Below are positions 12,809-21,847 of a DNA stretch of 51,793 bases, piece by piece. The first letter of the stretch is position 1; each line of letters starts with the position of its first letter. The translations under genes and the position numbers were made by a program. The stretch is from Burkholderiales bacterium. GTDB lineage: Bacteria > Pseudomonadota > Gammaproteobacteria > Burkholderiales > SG8-41. The notes beneath the pieces were generated by a model. That model saw nothing but the letters and a program-made list of their open reading frames with translations. It did no database searches and was not told where the DNA came from. The stretch is taken from positions 1 through 51,793 of the forward strand of contig DASPGR010000323.1 of NCBI GenBank assembly GCA_035620515.1, read 5' to 3'.

Positions 12809-13251
12809 AGCGGACCCAGCGTCGCCACTGCGACGTTGATGAGCCCGAGCGCCAGATTTGCCGCCACGGCCTTGCGGATCGCCTCGAGTGCCGTTGCGCC
12901 CGTCTTCCAGTCCTGCGCCGCTATCGCGCGCCTGAGCGCCGGGAACGGAACCAGGAACACATACGCAAAAATAAACGTCATGATGACGCCTACGTACAGC
13001 ATCACATGAATGTTGAGCGGCACCCGGGTCGCTCCCGCGATCACCGTCATCATGTAGAAGCCGCTGCCGAGGATCAGGACAACGGCAATCCATACCCAGC
13101 GGAAGAAACGTCCCAGCGTGGCGGCCCAAAGCGAAAGGCGCTGCGCCGGATCGAGCGTCGCGGCTGCCGGCCGCAATGCAAAATAGGCGAAGAACATTCC
13201 TCCGACCCAGATCACCGCACCGATGAGGTGCGCGAAAAGAGCTGTCTTCAT
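12805..13251 (-). CDS. CopD-family-like small integral membrane protein (148 aa, about 4 TM)
   Basis: Track ORF 12805..13470, trimmed to [21 protein letters not shown]. The His-x6-W-x-GG first helix resembles the CopD/HemJ-type fold. The ATG overlaps the rnhB stop (ATGA). Confidence 0.7.
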   Translation of the reverse strand: MKTALFAHLIGAVIWVGGMFFAYFALRPAAATLDPAQRLSLWAATLGRFFRWVWIAVVLILGSGFYMMTVIAGATRVPLNIHVMLYVGVIMTFIFAYVFLVPFPALRRAIAAQDWKTGATALEAIRKAVAANLALGLINVAVATLGPL

Positions 13252-13838
13252 GCGCGCTGCCCTCCGGAAAGAATGGCGCGCACCGGGCCGAAGCTCCGTC
13301 GATGCACCAGGGAGACACCGTGCGCCCGCAGCGCCGCGAGGTGTGCCGGCGTCGGGTAGCCCTTGTGCTGGTCGAACCCGTACTCCGGGTGAAGACGATG
13401 CAGTGCAAGCATCTCCGCATCCCTCGTGACCTTGGCCAGAATCGAGGCCGCGGAGATTTCGGCAATGCATGCGTCACCCCGCACGACCCCACGCACTGGA
13501 AGATCAAGAACGGGGCACTGCACGCCGTCAACCAGCACGAGCTCCGCCTCCACTTCAAGGGCTGCGACAGCGCGGCGCATCGCGAGCAGGGTTGCCTGCA
13601 GAATATTGAGCGCGTCAATTTCGTCCACGCTGGCGCTTGCAACGGCCCATGCGCGGGCACGGGCCCGTATGCTGGAAGCGAGTTCATCCCGCACGCGCGC
13701 GGAGAGCTGCTTGGAGTCGGCAAGCCCGGCAATGGGCTGGCCGGGATCGAGTATGACCGCTGCAGCCACCACGGGGCCTGCGAGTGGCCCCCTGCCCGCT
13801 TCATCCACCCCGCAGATCAGCGTCTGTCCGGCCATCAT
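13248..13838 (-). CDS. rnhB: Ribonuclease HII
   Basis: 196 aa: [17 protein letters not shown]. The start overlaps the lpxB stop (ATGA). Confidence 0.95.
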   Translation of the reverse strand: MMAGQTLICGVDEAGRGPLAGPVVAAAVILDPGQPIAGLADSKQLSARVRDELASSIRARARAWAVASASVDEIDALNILQATLLAMRRAVAALEVEAELVLVDGVQCPVLDLPVRGVVRGDACIAEISAASILAKVTRDAEMLALHRLHPEYGFDQHKGYPTPAHLAALRAHGVSLVHRRSFGPVRAILSGGQRA

Positions 13839-14998
13839 GCCACCCCGGCTCCGATGAGCGGCACAATCTCCTGAGCGGCCTTGCTCCCAGTATCCTGGCG
13901 TAATTGTGCCAAAAGCTCGCTGAACCGGGCTTCCACCCGCTGGCGCACCGTTGCGTCAAACAGGAGATTCGTGACGGCCTGCGCAAGATTGTCCGCGGTG
14001 GCCTCCTCCTGCAGGAACTCCGGAGCGACGAACTCGCCGGCCAGTATGTTCGGCATCCCGACATAGGGCAGATAGGTCTGCCTGCGATGGATGAACGCGG
14101 TAACGGGAGCGACCTTGTACGTGATGACAAGCGGGCGCCTGAGCAATGCCGCCTCCAGCGTGGCAGTGCCCGATGTGGCCAGCACTACGTCGGCAGCGGC
14201 CATGGCTTCGTGCGCATGCCCGAACAACATCTGGATATTGAGCGTGCGCGACTCATCGCGATACAGCGCGTGCTCGAAGAGCTCCCGCGTCTCCCGGCTG
14301 ACGAACGGCACGAGGAAGAGAACGCCTGGCACGCTCGCCGAAATCCGGTGCGCCGTTGCCACGTAAAGCTCCGCCAGCTGCGTCAACTCGCTTACACGGC
14401 TTCCTGGAAGCAGTGTCACGATTCGGGCCGATACTGGCAAACGCAGCTGTTCGCGCATTGCCGCGGCGTCCGGGAACTCCGCGAGAACGTCGGCGAGCGG
14501 GTGGCCAACGAACGCAACGGGTATCTCGGCCCGCTCGTACAAGGGCGGCTCGAACGGGAACAGCACCAGGACCTTTGATACCGCGCGCCGGATCTTCTCG
14601 ATCCTGCCGCGCCGCCACGCCCAGATCGTCGGTCCGACATAGTGAACGGTTGGAATTCCCGCCCCCTTGAGCTTGACTTCCAGATCGAGATTGAAATCGG
14701 GGGCGTCGATGCCGATGAAGACGCCCGGCGGCTCGCGCAGGAAACGCGAGGCGAGCTGGCGCCGGATGCTCATCAGTTCCGGAAAATGACGCAGCACTTC
14801 GACGAGACCCAGCACGGAGAGCTTTTCCATGGGAAACATCGTCTCGAAACCGAGCGCCTGCATCTTGGAGCCGCCGATGCCCGTGAAGCGCGCGCCCGGG
14901 AGGTGCTCCCGCAGTGCCTTGATGAGATGGGCCCCCAACGTGTCGCCGGAGGGCTCGCCGGCGACCATGCCGATGGTCAGGGGCTTTGTGAGCGACAC
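13835..14998 (-). CDS. lpxB: Lipid-A-disaccharide synthase
   Basis: Track ORF 13835..15502, trimmed to the in-frame GTG at 14998. The resulting N-terminus [28 protein letters not shown] aligns with the E. coli LpxB N-terminus as recalled. One-nt overlap with the lpxA stop. Confidence 0.92.
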   Translation of the reverse strand: MSLTKPLTIGMVAGEPSGDTLGAHLIKALREHLPGARFTGIGGSKMQALGFETMFPMEKLSVLGLVEVLRHFPELMSIRRQLASRFLREPPGVFIGIDAPDFNLDLEVKLKGAGIPTVHYVGPTIWAWRRGRIEKIRRAVSKVLVLFPFEPPLYERAEIPVAFVGHPLADVLAEFPDAAAMREQLRLPVSARIVTLLPGSRVSELTQLAELYVATAHRISASVPGVLFLVPFVSRETRELFEHALYRDESRTLNIQMLFGHAHEAMAAADVVLATSGTATLEAALLRRPLVITYKVAPVTAFIHRRQTYLPYVGMPNILAGEFVAPEFLQEEATADNLAQAVTNLLFDATVRQRVEARFSELLAQLRQDTGSKAAQEIVPLIGAGVA

Positions 14999-15771
14999 TA
15001 GCGCACGACCCCTCGTGTGGCAGCCGCCAGAAAGTCCAGCGTCAGGCATACCTCCGGACAGGTTCGTGCCTGGCGCTCGAGCTCCTTTGTCGCCTGCTCG
15101 ATCGTCAGCCCTGATCGGTAGAGGGTCTTGTAGGAGCGCTTTAATTTGGTGATCGTGGACCCCGCAAATCCGCGACGCTTGAGGCCCTCCACGTTCAGAC
15201 CGAACGGCTTCCCGGGATTTCCGGACACCATGACGTACGGCGGTATGTCTTTCAGCACGACGGTGCCTGCACCGGTGATGCTGTGGCCGCCGATATGGCA
15301 GAACTGGTGCACACCCGTCAGGCCTCCGAGAATCGCGTAGTCTCCCACGTGAACATGGCCACCGAGCTGCACGCCGTTGGCGAGTATCGCGTGATTTCCC
15401 ACCTGGCAGTCGTGCGCCACATGCACGTAGGCCATGACCCAGTTGTGGTTGCCTATGCGGGTTACGCCCGTGTCCTGGATCGTTCCGCAATTGAACGTGC
15501 AATACTCGCGGATCGTGTTGTCGTTGCCGATCTCGAGGCGCGTCGCTTCGCCCCCGTATTTCTTGTCCTGCGGTATCTCACCCAGCGACGAATGCTGAAA
15601 GAGCCGGTTGCGGGCGCCGATACGCGTGCGCCCCGTAATAACCACGTGCGGGCCGATCCAGCAGCCGGGGCCGACCTCCACATCCGGCCCGATGATGCAG
15701 TAGGGACCGACTTCGACATCGGGCGCAATTTGCGCGCGCGGGTCAATGACGGCTGTTGAATGCTGCTTCAC
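14998..15771 (-). CDS. lpxA: Acyl-ACP:UDP-GlcNAc O-acyltransferase
   Basis: 257 aa with left-handed beta-helix hexapeptide repeats, in the conserved fabZ-lpxA-lpxB order. Confidence 0.96.
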   Translation of the reverse strand: MKQHSTAVIDPRAQIAPDVEVGPYCIIGPDVEVGPGCWIGPHVVITGRTRIGARNRLFQHSSLGEIPQDKKYGGEATRLEIGNDNTIREYCTFNCGTIQDTGVTRIGNHNWVMAYVHVAHDCQVGNHAILANGVQLGGHVHVGDYAILGGLTGVHQFCHIGGHSITGAGTVVLKDIPPYVMVSGNPGKPFGLNVEGLKRRGFAGSTITKLKRSYKTLYRSGLTIEQATKELERQARTCPEVCLTLDFLAAATRGVVR

Positions 15772-15813
15772 GGCGGCGGATCACGAGCGGGAATCAAGCA
15801 AATTGGCGGCGCC

Positions 15814-16260
15814 TCAGGACTCCTCGTTCACCTTTCGAACGGTGCACATGAGCTGGGCCTCCGCCACCACCATGTCTTCGACGAGTGCACGGGCATCGAA
15901 CTTCCAGATGCCGCGCACCTGGCGGTTGAGACTCACGTCGAGGTGCAGCGAGTCGCCGGGCACGACCGGCTTCTTGAAGCGCGCGTTGTCGATTCCGACA
16001 AAATAGTAGAGCGAGCGCTCGTCGGCCTTCGCCTTCTCGCTGTGAAAAGTGAGAATTGCGGCGGCCTGTGCCATCGCTTCCACGATGAGCACGCCGGGCA
16101 TGACCGGGAAATAGGGAAAGTGGCCCTGGAAGAAAGGCTCATTGATCGTCACGTTCTTCAAGGCCACGACTCGCCGGCGGGGCTCGCACAACAGCACGCG
16201 GTCGATCAGCAGGAACGGGTAGCGATGCGGCAGGTATTCCAGAACGTCGCGGATTTCCAT
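15814..16260 (-). CDS. fabZ: 3-hydroxyacyl-ACP dehydratase
   Basis: Track ORF trimmed to [22 protein letters not shown] (148 aa). Has FFQGHFP and [11 protein letters not shown]. Confidence 0.96.
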   Translation of the reverse strand: MEIRDVLEYLPHRYPFLLIDRVLLCEPRRRVVALKNVTINEPFFQGHFPYFPVMPGVLIVEAMAQAAAILTFHSEKAKADERSLYYFVGIDNARFKKPVVPGDSLHLDVSLNRQVRGIWKFDARALVEDMVVAEAQLMCTVRKVNEES

Positions 16261-16265
16261 GTTGT

Positions 16266-17315
16266 TCAAGACTTGCTCCTCTTTTTCTGCGCCTGTTTTT
16301 TCTCCAGCCCGCGCACGCGCTCGGCGAGCTCGCCGAGGTGCCGCAACTGTACCGCGTTCTTGCGCCACTTGGCGTGCGGCTCGAAACCATATACGCCGCT
16401 GTACCGTCCCGGCCGGTCGATCGACTTCGTGACCGCCGTGTAGCCGGAGATATCGACGTGGTCGGTGATCACGATATGGCCCGCGATGCCGGACGCACCG
16501 CCGATCTTGCAGTGCTGCCCGATTCTCACGCTCCCTGCGATACCCGTGCACGCCGCGATCGCGGTGTGCGCCCCGATACGCACGTTGTGTCCGATCTGGA
16601 TCTGGTTGTCGAGCTTGACGCCCTCTTCGATCACCGTGTCCTCGAGCGCGCCCCGGTCAATCGTCGTGTTGGCGCCGATCTCGACGTCGTTGCCGATCAC
16701 CACCGAGCCGACCTGAGGCACCTTGATCCAGCGTCCGTGCTCCGTCGCAAGGCCGAACCCGTCGGCGCCGATCACGACGCCGGAGTGCACGATGACGCGA
16801 TCACCGATCGTGCAGCCGTGGTAGACCGTGACGTTTGCCTCGAGACGCGCATGCTTGCCGATACGGGTATCGTCGCCCACGCAGCAGCTCGCGCCGATCC
16901 GGGTTCCCTCTCCGATCTGCACGTTACGTCCGATGGTGACAAACGGGCCCACTTCGGCGCCTGGTGAGATCACGGCCGAAGAATCGATCACCGTGGTCGG
17001 GTGGATTCCAGGGCAGACCTCGCGCGGCGGATTGAAGAGTCCCGATACGCGGGCGAAATACGCGTGGGGATCAGCGCATACCACTCGGGGAATGCCGGTC
17101 GCACGACGCGCCGATTCGCCCACGATCACCGCTCCAGCCCGGCTTTTACCCAGCTGCGAGGCGTAGCGCTCGTCAGCAAGAAACGTTATGGAGTCCGGCG
17201 TTGCGCTCTCCAGGGATGCGACGCGGCACACCTTCGTCCTGGGGTCGCCGATGACCTCTCCGCCCAGCCGCTCCACGATCTCGCCCAGGCTGAAAGAGGA
17301 AGTCTCGCCGGCCAT
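16266..17315 (-). CDS. lpxD: UDP-3-O-acylglucosamine N-acyltransferase
   Basis: 349 aa with an N-terminal [15 protein letters not shown] followed by long hexapeptide repeats. Confidence 0.95.
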   Translation of the reverse strand: MAGETSSFSLGEIVERLGGEVIGDPRTKVCRVASLESATPDSITFLADERYASQLGKSRAGAVIVGESARRATGIPRVVCADPHAYFARVSGLFNPPREVCPGIHPTTVIDSSAVISPGAEVGPFVTIGRNVQIGEGTRIGASCCVGDDTRIGKHARLEANVTVYHGCTIGDRVIVHSGVVIGADGFGLATEHGRWIKVPQVGSVVIGNDVEIGANTTIDRGALEDTVIEEGVKLDNQIQIGHNVRIGAHTAIAACTGIAGSVRIGQHCKIGGASGIAGHIVITDHVDISGYTAVTKSIDRPGRYSGVYGFEPHAKWRKNAVQLRHLGELAERVRGLEKKQAQKKRSKS

Positions 17316-17344
17316 GGCTGCGCTGACGCAGGCTGCTTGCGCCG

Positions 17345-17848
17345 TTATTTGCTCTCGGAGAGGGCTTTCAACACCTTGTCGGTGATGTCGATGCGCGGAC
17401 TGCGAAATACCGCTTCCTGAAGAATCAGATCGTATTTCTCCTCGTTCGCGATCCTCTTGATGACCCGGTCCGCGCGCTCGAAGAGCGAGCCGAGCTCCTG
17501 ATTACGCCGCAGATTGAGATCTTCCCGGTACTCGCGCTGCATGCGCTGGTAGTCGACGCTCAGGCGGGCCAGCTCCTGCTCGCGCGCACGGCGGTCGCTC
17601 TCGCTCATCGTCATCGCCTCTTTTTCAAGGTTGCCTTGCGCCGTCTTGAGCTGTGCCTCACGGCGTTGGAGCTCCTGAGCCCGCGGCGCAAACTCCTTCT
17701 CGAGCTGTTTGCTCGCGCGCTCGGCCGGCGCCGACTCGCGGCGGATGCGCTCCACATCGACGAATCCGATCTTGATCTCGGCCGCCTCGCTTGCTACGAC
17801 GCTGAACATCAGCGCCGCCGCTCCCAGTATCCCGTACACGCGCTTCAA
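17345..17848 (-). CDS. skp: Periplasmic chaperone Skp/OmpH
   Basis: 167 aa: signal peptide then a charged coiled-coil body. Conserved position between bamA and lpxD. Confidence 0.9.
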   Translation of the reverse strand: MKRVYGILGAAALMFSVVASEAAEIKIGFVDVERIRRESAPAERASKQLEKEFAPRAQELQRREAQLKTAQGNLEKEAMTMSESDRRAREQELARLSVDYQRMQREYREDLNLRRNQELGSLFERADRVIKRIANEEKYDLILQEAVFRSPRIDITDKVLKALSESK

Positions 17849-17907
17849 TGCTTGCTCCTTGCAGTTAATCGACGGCCCCTTACTCTCGATGCCGGCGCGC
17901 CGCCGAA

Positions 17908-20175
17908 TCAGAATACTCCGCCAAACGTAAACTGGAACGGCTGCGTGCGATCCAGATTGTCATCCCGGAAGGGCGCCGCCGCGCTGACTTTCAGCGGACC
18001 GAAAGGCGATACCCACAAAGCCCCCACCCCGATCGAATAGCGAAAGAACGTCGTCTCCCATTTGTCGTCGACCATTCCCGCGTCGACGAACGCGCTCAAC
18101 CGCACCGAGCGGTCCGTCTCGGCTCCGGGAAACGGGAACAGAAACTCGAAATTGCCGAGGAGCTTGATCGAGCCCCCACGCGGATCTCCATTCGAATCCT
18201 TCGGTCCTATGGTATAGGACTTGAAGCCGCGCAGCGACGTCGCGCCCCCGGCATAGAAATTCTTGAAGAACGGCAACGGTTGCCCCGTGTAGCCATCACC
18301 GTATCCGATTTCGCCATTTACCATCAATGTATAGATCCGTGTCAACGGAAAGTAGCGCTGGTAGCGGTACGAGAGCTTATAGTACTCCAGATCTGCAAGC
18401 GGGGTCCCGGCTTCCGCCGTCGCCCTTTGAAGTGTACCGGAGGTCGGATAGATCAGGCTGTCGCGACGATCGCGCTGCCATGATGTGGTGAGGAACAGGT
18501 TTGTCGGGTCGGAGCCGAAGGTCGCGACGTAATCCTTGTATATGAGCGGGCTGTTGTCGAAGAGGGTGATCTCGGTGTCTTCGTATCCGATCCCGTATTG
18601 TATGCTGTCATAATCCGTCAAGGGGACGCCGAAGCGCACCTGGCCGCCCTTGGTCTTCGTGTCGTATTGCCCGAGATTATTGGTCGAGGCGTTCACCTTC
18701 CTGTAGTAGATGTCGAATCCCCGGCTCACCCCATCGATCGTGGAGTACGGGTTCGTGTAGCTAAGAGCGTAGGCCGTGTTGACGTCGCTCGTGTTAAAGG
18801 CGAGGCTCAAGTGCCGCCCGGAACCAAAGATGTTCTCCTGGGCAATGGACGACGACAGCACGAGTCCGTCGTCGCTTCCGAAGCCCGCACCGAACAGCAG
18901 TCGTCCCGTGGGCTTTTCAACGACAGCCACGTTGACGTCCACCTGATCTGTCGTGCCCGGTACAGCGGGGGTTTCAATGTTGACCTCGGTGAAGTAGCCG
19001 AGCTTGTCGATCCGCTGGCGCGACAAAGTGATCTTCTCGGACGAGTACCAGGCGCCTTCAAGCTGGCGCATCTCGCGCCGGATGACCTCGTCGCGCGTGC
19101 GCGTGTTGCCGGAGATATTGACGCGCCGGACGTAGACGCGCCGCCCCGGGTCGATCACGAACGTGAAACCCACCACCTGCTTCTGCTTGTTGATATCCGG
19201 AACCGCATTGACGTTCGCGAAGGCGTACCCGTCATTGCTCAGCCGGTCGCTGATCAACTTGCTCGATTCGGTCAGTGACGCCCGGGAGAAGACATCGCCC
19301 GGCTTGACCTTGATCATTTTCCGGATCTCGGCTTCGGGTATCAGCAGCTCGCCCGCGATCCTGATGTCGCCGACGACGTACTTCTGTCCTTCGGTGATGT
19401 TGATCGTGATGAAAATGTCCTGCTTGTCGGGCGTGATCGAGACTTGCGTCGAATCGATGTTGAACTCCGCGTAACCGCGGTCAAGATAGTAGGTGCGCAG
19501 CGATTCCAGGTCTCCGGCGAGTTTCTGGCGGGAGTACTGGTCATTCTTGGTGTACCAGGTCATGAGCCCCGGCGTTTTGAGCACGAACTGCCCGAGAAGA
19601 TCCTTCTCGGGAAACGCCTTCGCCCCGATGATCTTGATCTGGCGGATCTTCGCGATCTGGCCTTCATCGATATTGAAATTGATGGACACGCGGTTGCGTT
19701 CGAGGGGCGTGATGGTCGTGTTGACGGTGACGGCGTAGTAACCCTGGCTCAGGTACAACCGCTTCAGTTCCTGCTCGGCCCGGTCGAGCAGGCCGCGGTC
19801 AAAAATACGGCCTTCGGCGATGCCGATCTGGCGCATGCCGGCGTTGAGCTGATCCTTGGTGAGCTCGCGTGCCCCCACGAAGTCGATCTGCGCGATCGAG
19901 GGGCGCTCGCGTACCGAGACGACGAGGATGCTGCCGTCCCGCTCGATGGTGACGTCCTGAAAGAAGCCCGTCGCGAACAACGTCCGAATGGCCTCGGCCG
20001 CCTTCTCCTCCGTCATCGTGTCGCCCACCTTGACGGGGAGATAGCCGAAGACCGTGCCCGCTTCCGTTCGTTGAATGCCCTCGACCCGGATGTCCTTGAT
20101 GACGAAAGGCTCGAGGGCGGCTGCGGTGGCTGCGTGGAGGGCGGTGAGCAGCACCGCAACGCGGAACCAACGCAT
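17908..20175 (-). CDS. bamA: Outer membrane protein assembly factor BamA
   Basis: Track ORF 17908..20202, trimmed to ATG 20175. Has the signal peptide MRWFRVAVLLTALHAATAAA, POTRA motif IKDIRVEGIQRTEAGTVFGYLP and C-terminal FQFTFGGVF. The 9 extra track codons (MPIYEIGSN) read into the repeat element. Confidence 0.96.
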   Translation of the reverse strand: MRWFRVAVLLTALHAATAAALEPFVIKDIRVEGIQRTEAGTVFGYLPVKVGDTMTEEKAAEAIRTLFATGFFQDVTIERDGSILVVSVRERPSIAQIDFVGARELTKDQLNAGMRQIGIAEGRIFDRGLLDRAEQELKRLYLSQGYYAVTVNTTITPLERNRVSINFNIDEGQIAKIRQIKIIGAKAFPEKDLLGQFVLKTPGLMTWYTKNDQYSRQKLAGDLESLRTYYLDRGYAEFNIDSTQVSITPDKQDIFITINITEGQKYVVGDIRIAGELLIPEAEIRKMIKVKPGDVFSRASLTESSKLISDRLSNDGYAFANVNAVPDINKQKQVVGFTFVIDPGRRVYVRRVNISGNTRTRDEVIRREMRQLEGAWYSSEKITLSRQRIDKLGYFTEVNIETPAVPGTTDQVDVNVAVVEKPTGRLLFGAGFGSDDGLVLSSSIAQENIFGSGRHLSLAFNTSDVNTAYALSYTNPYSTIDGVSRGFDIYYRKVNASTNNLGQYDTKTKGGQVRFGVPLTDYDSIQYGIGYEDTEITLFDNSPLIYKDYVATFGSDPTNLFLTTSWQRDRRDSLIYPTSGTLQRATAEAGTPLADLEYYKLSYRYQRYFPLTRIYTLMVNGEIGYGDGYTGQPLPFFKNFYAGGATSLRGFKSYTIGPKDSNGDPRGGSIKLLGNFEFLFPFPGAETDRSVRLSAFVDAGMVDDKWETTFFRYSIGVGALWVSPFGPLKVSAAAPFRDDNLDRTQPFQFTFGGVF

Positions 20176-20177
20176 GT

Positions 20178-20200
20178 TAGAACCTATTTCATATATAGGC
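20178..20200. repeat. Left terminal inverted repeat TAGAACCTATTTCATATATAGGC
   Basis: Exact reverse complement of 20425..20447. Confidence 0.9.
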
Positions 20201-20424
20201 ACGTGTGCGACGGAGGCGATGTGGGATGCAGTTCAAGGAGGAGGGCCCGAAGGAATATGTCGATATTTCGAGGGCCCCCGACGAAGAAATGCGCCCAGAT
20301 CGCCCCGTCCCTGCGGGTTGCGGCCAGGACGGTCGCCTGCGTCGTTGCCCTCCTCGACCATATCGACATATGGCCTTCGTCGGGCGCCTTGCATCCGCTC
20401 CGTCCTGGCCGCAACGCATCACGC

Positions 20425-20447
20425 GCCTATATATGAAATAGGTTCTA
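20425..20447. repeat. Right terminal inverted repeat GCCTATATATGAAATAGGTTCTA
   Basis: Exact reverse complement of 20178..20200. Its last 3 nt form the rseP stop codon (TAG on the minus strand). Confidence 0.9.
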
Positions 20448-21821
20448 GCCGCCTATCAGACGGTGTATGTCGTTATAGAGAGCAAAGGCCATCAAGACAA
20501 ACAGAAGCGCAATTCCCACGTGCTGCCCGATCTCCATCGCCCGGTCAGACACTGGCGCGCCCTTGATAATCTCGACCGTATAATACATTAAATGCCCGCC
20601 GTCCAATAACGGGATCGGCAGCAGGTTCAGTACGCCGAGACTGATGCTGATCAAGGCGAGAAAAAGCAGGTACGATGCGAGGCCGCTTTGCGCCGACTGC
20701 CCGGCGTAATCGGCAATCGTGATCGGGCCGGACAGATTCTTCAGCGAGACCTCTCCGACGATCATCTTTCCCAGCATTTGCAGGCTGAACCAGGACGTGT
20801 CCCAGGTCTTGCGCATGGCCTTCTGTGCGGCCGTGAGCGGGCCGTAACGAACCTCGGTCATCAAATCAGCTATCGCGTCGCGATCGATCCGGGGCGCCGC
20901 ACCGATTCGCCCCACCTTGCGTTCCCCTTCCGTGATCGTGGCCGGCGTGATGGAAATCGGTGGTATCGCAATTCCATCGCGTCGGAGTTCCACTGTGAGC
21001 GCTACGCCCGGGCTGCCGCGCACCGTTGTAACGATCTGCCGCCAGCTCTCGATGCGCTGACCGTTGATCGCCGTGATTACGTCGCCCGTCCTGAGCCCTG
21101 CGCTTTCGGCTGCGCCACCTCGAACGACCTCCCCGATGACGGGCTCGAGAGGCGGCTGATAGCGCGCGAGTCCGAGACCGGTGAGGAAGTCGCGGTCGAG
21201 ATCGGCCGGCGTCAGGCGCGACATATCGAGCCGGAGCAGGCGAATATCGCCTTTCGCCGTGCGCACGTCGATCCTGACCGGCGGCCCCCTGCGCTCGACC
21301 GCGTGCTGCAGGAGAACCCAGCGCGCCTCCTGCCACGTGGGTACCGCTTCATCGCCGATCGTGAGCAGCGTGTCTCCCGCAGAGAATCCGGCGCTATGCG
21401 CCGCGGTCCCGGGCGGCGGAGGTCCAATGACCGGCTTGATCCCCGGCACCCCGCTCACAAACAGGTACCAGTAAAGCGCGATGGCCAGGAGAAAGTTCGC
21501 CGCGGGGCCCGCGATGACAATCGCGAAGCGACGCCATACCGACTTGCGGTTGAATGCCCGGGGCAGATCCTGCACGGGAACAGCCCCTTCCCGCTCATCG
21601 AGCATCTTCACGTAGCCGCCGAGCGGAAATGCAGCAATGACCCACTCGGTCGCGTCGCGCCCGAGCCTGCGCGACCACAATGCGCGACCAAAGCCGACCG
21701 AGAAACGAAGGACTTTCACGCCGCAGGCGCGCGCGACAAGGTAGTGCCCGAATTCATGCACTACGATGAGACAGCCCAGCGCGACCACGAACGCCAGAAT
21801 GGTGGTGATGAGGTCCATCAT
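20445..21821 (-). CDS. rseP: RIP zinc metalloprotease RseP
   Basis: Track ORF 20445..22136, trimmed to MMDLITTILAFVVALGCLIVVHEFGHYL (458 aa). Has the HEFGH motif, PDZ region and a C-terminal TM segment. The longer track ORF overlaps dxr. Confidence 0.95.
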   Translation of the reverse strand: MMDLITTILAFVVALGCLIVVHEFGHYLVARACGVKVLRFSVGFGRALWSRRLGRDATEWVIAAFPLGGYVKMLDEREGAVPVQDLPRAFNRKSVWRRFAIVIAGPAANFLLAIALYWYLFVSGVPGIKPVIGPPPPGTAAHSAGFSAGDTLLTIGDEAVPTWQEARWVLLQHAVERRGPPVRIDVRTAKGDIRLLRLDMSRLTPADLDRDFLTGLGLARYQPPLEPVIGEVVRGGAAESAGLRTGDVITAINGQRIESWRQIVTTVRGSPGVALTVELRRDGIAIPPISITPATITEGERKVGRIGAAPRIDRDAIADLMTEVRYGPLTAAQKAMRKTWDTSWFSLQMLGKMIVGEVSLKNLSGPITIADYAGQSAQSGLASYLLFLALISISLGVLNLLPIPLLDGGHLMYYTVEIIKGAPVSDRAMEIGQHVGIALLFVLMAFALYNDIHRLIGG

Positions 21822-21847
21822 CGCTCCGGGCGCGCGCTTATCCCCGC

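Larger units (their letters stand above)
20178..20447. mobile_element. Non-autonomous TA-flanked inverted-repeat element (MITE-like): 266 bp plus a TA on each side
   Basis: Perfect 23-nt terminal inverted repeats (21 nt + TA). The arms are imperfectly complementary inward, and there is an internal 16-bp perfect inverted repeat (20317-20332 / 20400-20415). AT-rich ends in GC-rich DNA. No transposase-sized ORF. Removing the element restores a TAA-C-ATG rseP/bamA junction. Confidence 0.6.

Noticed and set aside
11999-13804. 601-aa ORF spanning the TrmH, membrane-protein and rnhB region. Similar over-long track ORFs are 13835..15502, 15814..16551, 20445..22136, 25297..26151 and 42750..43868.
   Set aside because: Only the C-terminal parts match known families. 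The N-terminal extensions read through the upstream neighbour in another frame. Starts were trimmed to family-consistent N-termini, often with ATGA/GTGA overlaps.
20176-20202. Nine-codon N-terminal extension of bamA (MPIYEIGSN) in the ORF track
   Set aside because: The extension is encoded by the element TIR, starts at GTG and precedes a perfect signal peptide beginning at ATG 20175. The shorter start is preferred.
20184-20441. Three 76-78-aa ORFs inside the inverted-repeat element (20205..20441 +, 20184..20414 -, 20189..20422 -)
   Set aside because: They are mutually overlapping on both strands of a palindromic element and have no motifs or SD. They are far too small for a transposase, so they were treated as non-coding element sequence.
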